Assembly: GCF_009914755.1 (NCBI RefSeq)
Contig: NC_060940.1
Strand: one strand, 5' to 3'
DNA: 64,000 nucleotides
From: the human T2T-CHM13v2.0 reference genome, Homo sapiens
A model generated the notes under the pieces. That model searched no databases and was not told the origin of the DNA. It was given only the letters and a program-made list of their open reading frames with translations. The position numbers and the translations under genes are program-made. Below, piece by piece: positions 57,529 through 64,000 of this stretch (its first letter is position 1; every line of letters begins with the position of its first letter).

Positions 57529-57762
57529 CATATATATGTGTGACATATATATATATATGTGTTTATATATATATATATACACACACATATGTATATGTAT
57601 ATATATGGGTATATATATACACACATATGTATATATATGGGTATATATATACACACATATGTATATGTATATATGTATATATATCATGTGTATATATGTA
57701 TATATACACACACATATTTTTTATATATATATATATATACATACACACACACACACATATAT
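57529..57762. repeat. Compound (TA)/(CA)/(TG) microsatellite with 32-bp higher-order unit
   Basis: Direct reading. Confidence 0.95.
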
Positions 57763-60086
57763 CACTCAGACTTTATCTAGGAGGAAAGTGAGGCTTAGTG
57801 TCCTTATGTAACCCACCCAAGTACACCCTGAATCATTGACAATGTTGTAATTCTAATGCAAGTTTACAGGACTGCAGAAGCCAGGCTTGACTTTGGACTA
57901 TTTTAACTGGCTATCAATGTCTGAAAGTCCAGGTCCCCAATCTTGAATACAAGAAGATTGCATGACCAACTCCAAGGATCATCTCAGCTTCAAAAATTGT
58001 ATTTGTTATACAAAATAATCTTTGTTAGATGTGACTTCCACTTATTTTTTAAGTAAATACAATCAGACTTTACATTCTTAGGGTCTCATGGCCACAAAAT
58101 ATTACAGGAATCCAATGTAAGGCCCCAGACCTAAAACTTGTATAGTCATTCAGTGATTATTTATCTCTTTAAGTAACTAAATCATCTTCAAATGATAACA
58201 TGATTAAGTACAATGTGTGCAATGAAGAACTTATTATTTGTACTCTATTCTGTCCTTAAGACAGCCTTTTTATTGGTGTAATATTTTTAAATGTTGATCA
58301 TTAAGATGAATAACATATATCAACACATAAAGGAAATAACGCTATCTGCAGTGTCATCTCTGACTATGAATAAATACTCTATATGAATGTGTGGAAAGAG
58401 AAATAGATTTTATTTTCATTTGTTCTTTTGTATGAGCTAAGATACCTGAGGGAAGATTAGAGCAAAGTGGTGATGATAAACTGATGCTTAACATAATGTA
58501 ATGTCATTTGTGGTATCAAAGGCCTGTATGTAAACCTCCCTTTGTCTCCAAGCAGTAAATATGCATCAAGCTTTTTTTATTTGTCTGTTCCTTCACTTGG
58601 TAATAACTTTTCAATGGCTCTAGGCCTAGGTTGAACTCTGAGGATACACAGGCATCAATATACCTCCAATAAGTAGACTGTTCTCAAACAATACTGAGAC
58701 TGTTGTCTAAGCAGATGAGTGATGGTATGATGTGTTCAGTACAGATAGGACTATGTACAAGAGCACAAAGGAATCAATGACTACACTTCTACAGACAAAT
58801 TTGTAAAGTATCGGTCCTGTATTTCAATACTTGCCTAGTCAAACCTCTTGTAAATAAACTTCCATATCCACAACTTCCAATGCCTGGAGCTTCCATTCCC
58901 ACTTTGGGCCATGGCTCATTAAACAACACCCAGTTCAGTGACAACTAAATCATAAACCAACCATTGATTGTTTCAGCCTAGTTCAAAACGAGGAGGTGGG
59001 TGAATCAGATTTCTTTGGGAACTTCAATGAAAGAAAACAAGAACCTTCTGCAGTGAGTGAGGGAACTAAAATAGGAAGGTTACAAGGCACTTGAGAAATG
59101 GAGTAGCTACCAAGTGACATCTCATGACTAATGTTTCAATGAAATCAAGGCTTAGAGCAAACCAGTCACAAATTAAAGAGAAACAAATGTGACCTCTGTC
59201 TCTGAGTCATTTAAATAGCAGAACACAAGGCATCTGAAGATCTTGGCAATTAAGGACTCTCTCAGCAGCTGTCTTCATGGAGCCCACCCTACTGATCTGT
59301 TCCTGAATTTCTGTGAGATCACTTGCAATGCTCTTGAATGACAGCAAGCTTCCTGTATGTAAACTCACTTGAGTGATTTCTTTTGTTATCAAAACAGCAA
59401 ACCTAGTATCAAGAGGAAAAAAGTTTGGTGATTCTTCTAGTCAAAGCTAAAATAATGTAGCTGTATGAATCACTTGTTCAGATATAGACAATGCCTTCTT
59501 CTCTGAATTTCTAAGAAGACTGAGACAAGAAAAATAACTCTAGACCAAAAGTCAAGATTCTAGTGATCTAGCTTAGGTTCTGCTATTGAACCATAGTGCA
59601 AACTTAGAAAAAATACTTTTCCCTGTGTGTTGACTAAGTATCTCCTTCTATAAAATAGGAGGTTGGAAATAGCCTATAAATGGTCTCCCATGCATATCTG
59701 CAGGGGCTTGTGAGTCTGTGCTGAGAATAAGTGACTTTGCCTAGACGGATGTTTTCATCTCATTTTGAAGGTCTAGGTCCTAGCTGGCAGGGATGCTCTG
59801 TATACAACTTGAGGCCCCAGTGACCTACAGCATCATGGGAATCGTGCCTTCTGGGGCTAGACAATGCAGAGGCCCTGCTACTGTGACAGGTCTTTAGATT
59901 CCAGTATTAGGAATCAGGACTTTACTGGATGGACAATGGGAATCCACTCGGAATTTCTAGTCGGGGTTGACAGGAGCCGAGCTGTCAGAGGTGTGCAGGA
60001 GAAATGGAGGTAAGGAGTGTCAGCTCTTACAAAACAGTTAAGAGGATGGGCTCAGGAATCAGAAGGAGTTGGAAGGTTAGAGCTCA

Positions 60087-60581
<495 letters not shown>

Positions 60582-60869
60582 CTATGAAGGCGGGGACCTT
60601 TTCTTTGCTGCTCACTGCTGTAACACAGAACATGGCCTGGTCCACAGCAGGTAATTAAGAAGATGAGTTAAGAGTTTTGTTTATTCAACAAGAATGCGTA
60701 AATACATATTTTAACCCCTGGATACCATGCTCTAATCCAATAAAGAATAAGCCTCACGAAGGGGCTCTAGGAGTCCACTGTCTATTAAGGAGAAACAAGA
60801 AACCAATAATACAATAGAGATTGCTAAATGCAATAATAGGTATATGTGAGGAGATGAGATAAAGTAGAC

Positions 60870-61183
60870 CAGGGTCGTTCAATAGAAACATAATGTCAGT
60901 CACGTGTAATTTTAAATTTTCTAGAAGCCATATATTTAAAAGTTCAAAAAATCAGTGAACTTAATTTTTACAATGTATTTTATTTAACCCAGCATGCCCC
61001 AAAATCGTATCATTTTAACATGGAATCAATATATACATTCTCAAGATATTTTATATTTTTTTGTCCTAAGCCTTCAAAACCGAATGTACATTTTATATTT
61101 AAAGGACCTCTCTGTTGGGACTAGCCACATTGCAAGAGCTTACTGGCCACGTGGGGCTAGTGGCCACCATCTAGGCAGCACAG
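60870..61183. mobile_element. MER33 (hAT-Charlie) DNA transposon within L2
   Basis: caatagaaacataatg...aattttaaattttctag...ggactagccacattgcaag...ccacgtggggctagtggc. Confidence 0.75.
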
Positions 61184-61457
61184 GCATAGGGGATTCTTAA
61201 AGTTTCTTGAGAGAGGAGGGTGTGTAGTCAAGGAAGACTTTCTGGAGGCATTGCAATAGTTCAGGTGAGAGGTAATATGGTTCCAAACCAGAAAAAATAA
61301 GGCTTGAGTTGAGAAAAAGGGGCCATTCTTGAAACGACGCAGATGTATACGGTTTTAGGAACTGAAAAGATTAGGTTAGAGAATGAAGCAGCAGTGAGGG
61401 GAGAGTTTGAAGACAGTGGTGCTATTCCTGGCCTTAACAGGAGAAGAGGCTGTTTGA

Positions 61458-61798
<341 letters not shown>

Positions 61799-63259
61799 TA
61801 AAACATTTTAAGCTTTCAGAAACAGTGGAAAGATGTACAGGGGAAAAGTTCAGAGTAGAATTAGCTACCAATGTTCTTGCAAGAGTAAGTAATATCAATT
61901 CTACCATTTCTTTTCAAGTTTGGAGATTTTGCTGTATTATTAAATTCTAGAATCTCAGAGTTGAATGACACTCTAGAGACATTGAGCTATTAGTCCTTTA
62001 ATTCAATAGACCAATGGGAAAACTGAGATACAGAGATGATAACTAACTTATTCAAAATAAAATAAAGAGTGAAAAAAAAAACAAAACCCAGAACCTAAAC
62101 TCTTCATTTTATAGAGAAAAAGCAGAGAGGGCAGGGGAAGCATCAAGAGGAAAAAGATAATTTTTGTAGCATCTACCTTGCCCTCTCTTCCCTGATTTAA
62201 AAACAGTCCCCCCTTTAAACTATTTCTATGGAAACAACCAGTCCAGGTTCTATAAGGGGGAAAAATAAAGCACTCATAAGTAATGACCTGAGAGAGCTCT
62301 TTAAAGATTTGCAGTGGAGAACTGAACTAAGAATAACAATCTGCATATTCTCCCTGGAATCTAATGTCCTGCAGAGAACCACTCCCCATAGTCTGTTTTG
62401 TAAGGTATAAACAATGAGAGGAGGAATTGTCCCTAGGTGGCCTTAATAACAGACAAGGGCTTGATGTGGTCTTTTGAAATAATTGCTAAAGCCAGGGAAG
62501 AGTGCCTTAAATCACCACTGCCAAGAGCCTTTAGAATTCTGAGAAATCCATCCTGTGCCCATAATCCACCAGGGTCCCCATGTATCCATCCAGCTTAATC
62601 AGAGTATGTGGATGGAAGCCACTGAACATGCAGAAAGTCAAGCTGCTTCCAATGATCAGAAACTTGACTTTCACCAGCATGTGGGTGGGCTGTTCTGAAG
62701 GACTTCTTTCTAATGTACCTCACCAAACCACTCCATCACACTAAGATTAGACTAAACTCTGCCACATTTTTAAATGGCTTTTTCGTATATCTATATATAC
62801 CACAGAGTGTTCCCACCCCTCTTCATTTTAAGAAAGCAGACATCAACAATAGCCTCATAATGATCTCATTGTTGTTTCAAATAATCCAATCTTTGAAACC
62901 TATTTCTTTCTTTTCAGATGTATTAGTGTCGTTTATCAAAAGTAATGGGATTTTTTTTTAAGTTAAGGGTAAAAGAAAAGTAATGGGATACAGCAAACTA
63001 GTCAAGTGCTTAGTACAAACGCAGAGCATTTTCTGAAGCATATGTGGAACACTTCTTAGACAGGCAGGACTTTCAAAGGCAATATTAAGTGTCTTTTGTG
63101 GGTCTCAGATAATATGGCTCACTTAATTAGATTTTCCATAATTCCAGGTAATCCTATTGTGAAATTACAGATGTGAATTTTGACTTGCCTGACAGAAATA
63201 TCTATTGCTCCAAATGCATTTCTGGAAAAAGAATTCTTTATTTTTAAATCATTACCAGA

Positions 63260-63917
63260 ATTTTCACAGGGCAAAACCCAAAAATGGGGTTCAGCCTGGG
63301 AGGCCACATGGGTTCTTGGCTTCACACAGGAAGGAATTCAAGAGCAATCCCAGACAGTAAAGTGAAAGTAAGCTTATTAAGAAGTAAATGAATCAAACAG
63401 TGGCTACTCCATAGACAGAGTAGCAGCATGGGCTGCTTGACTAAGTATACAAATGGTTATTTCTTGATTATATGCTAAACAAAGGGGGTATCATTCATAA
63501 GTTTTCCAGGAAAGGGCTAAGGAGTTCCCAGAACTGAGGGTTATTCCCCTTTATAGACCATATAGGGTAGCTTCCAGATGTTCCCATGGCATTTGTAAAC
63601 TGTTGTGGCACTGCTGGGAGTGTCTTTAAGCAGAGGAATGCATTATAATTAGCAAATAATGAGCAATGAGGATGATCAGAGGTCTCTTTCATTGCCATCT
63701 TGGTTTTGGTGGACTTTGGCCAGCTTCTTTACTGCCTCTCCCTTTATCAGTAGGGTCTTTGTGATCTGTATCTTGTGAAATCAGTCCTGCTAACCTCCTA
63801 TCTCATCCTGTAGTGAAGAATGCCTAACCTCCTGGCAATGCAGCCTACCATATCTCATTCTCATTTTACCTAGCCCCTACTCAAGATGGAGTCACTCTGG
63901 TTTGAATGCCTCTGACA
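63260..63917 (-). mobile_element. MER41-family ERV1 LTR (3' LTR)
   Basis: Minus strand begins TGTCAGAGGCATTCAAACCAGAGTGACTCCATCTTGA; contains ACAGTTTACAAATGCCATGG, TTTAGCATATAATCAAGAAATAACCA, CTGTCTATGGAGTAGCCA. Confidence 0.9.
63504..63533. promoter_or_regulatory. Tandem GAS (STAT) motifs in the MER41 LTR
   Basis: TTCCAGGAA 63504-63512 and TTCCCAGAA 63525-63533, both TTCN3GAA, 12 bp apart. Confidence 0.65.
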
Positions 63918-64000
63918 TATTTCCTCCATCCTTTTTGCAAGGGAACGCTTGCAACCTAGGGTTTGTAGAGGGATGAAGATCCATCTTTCATAACTTCTTC
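63918..64000 (-). mobile_element. MER41/MER4-group internal sequence with polypurine tract; provirus continues beyond the window
   Basis: Minus strand ...gcaaaaaggatggaggaaata|TGTCAG, a purine-rich PPT abutting the LTR. Confidence 0.7.

Noticed and set aside
57444-57811. Tyr/Ile/His-rich ORFs in five frames
   Set aside because: Microsatellite lacking stop codons

Overview
Primate (almost certainly human) genomic DNA lying entirely inside the CDH11 (cadherin-11/OB-cadherin, type II classical cadherin) gene, transcribed on the minus strand. Nine exons can be placed with exact GT/AG boundaries. They run from the first coding exon (51633-51234, ATG at 51461) to the exon ending in EC5 at 18174 and splice into a continuous 1642-nt reading frame: signal peptide, prodomain with RSKR furin site, EC1-EC4 and the first half of EC5. 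The 5' non-coding exons and the TM/cytoplasmic exons lie outside the window. Exon numbers (3-11) follow my recollection of the reference annotation. The introns are a mosaic of Alu, L1, L2, MIR, MaLR/ERV1 LTRs, DNA transposons and microsatellites; repeat families and subfamilies were assigned by eye from remembered consensus sequences. Almost all ORFs in the supplied track are spurious. Most notable non-obvious signals: (1) a candidate unannotated exon in intron 11 that would give a TM-less cadherin-11 or trigger NMD; (2) a gene-sense MER41 3' LTR in intron 2 with two intact STAT (GAS) motifs and a mutated polyA signal; (3) an Alu-primed inverted duplication of ~130 bp of unique DNA in intron 3, with a perfect 33-bp tandem repeat at its breakpoint; (4) a 15-codon uORF in the first coding exon; (5) a THE1 LTR cut exactly at its splice donor and fused to a 70-bp duplicated segment; (6) several template-switch scars and nested insertions. 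No prokaryotic-type systems are present.
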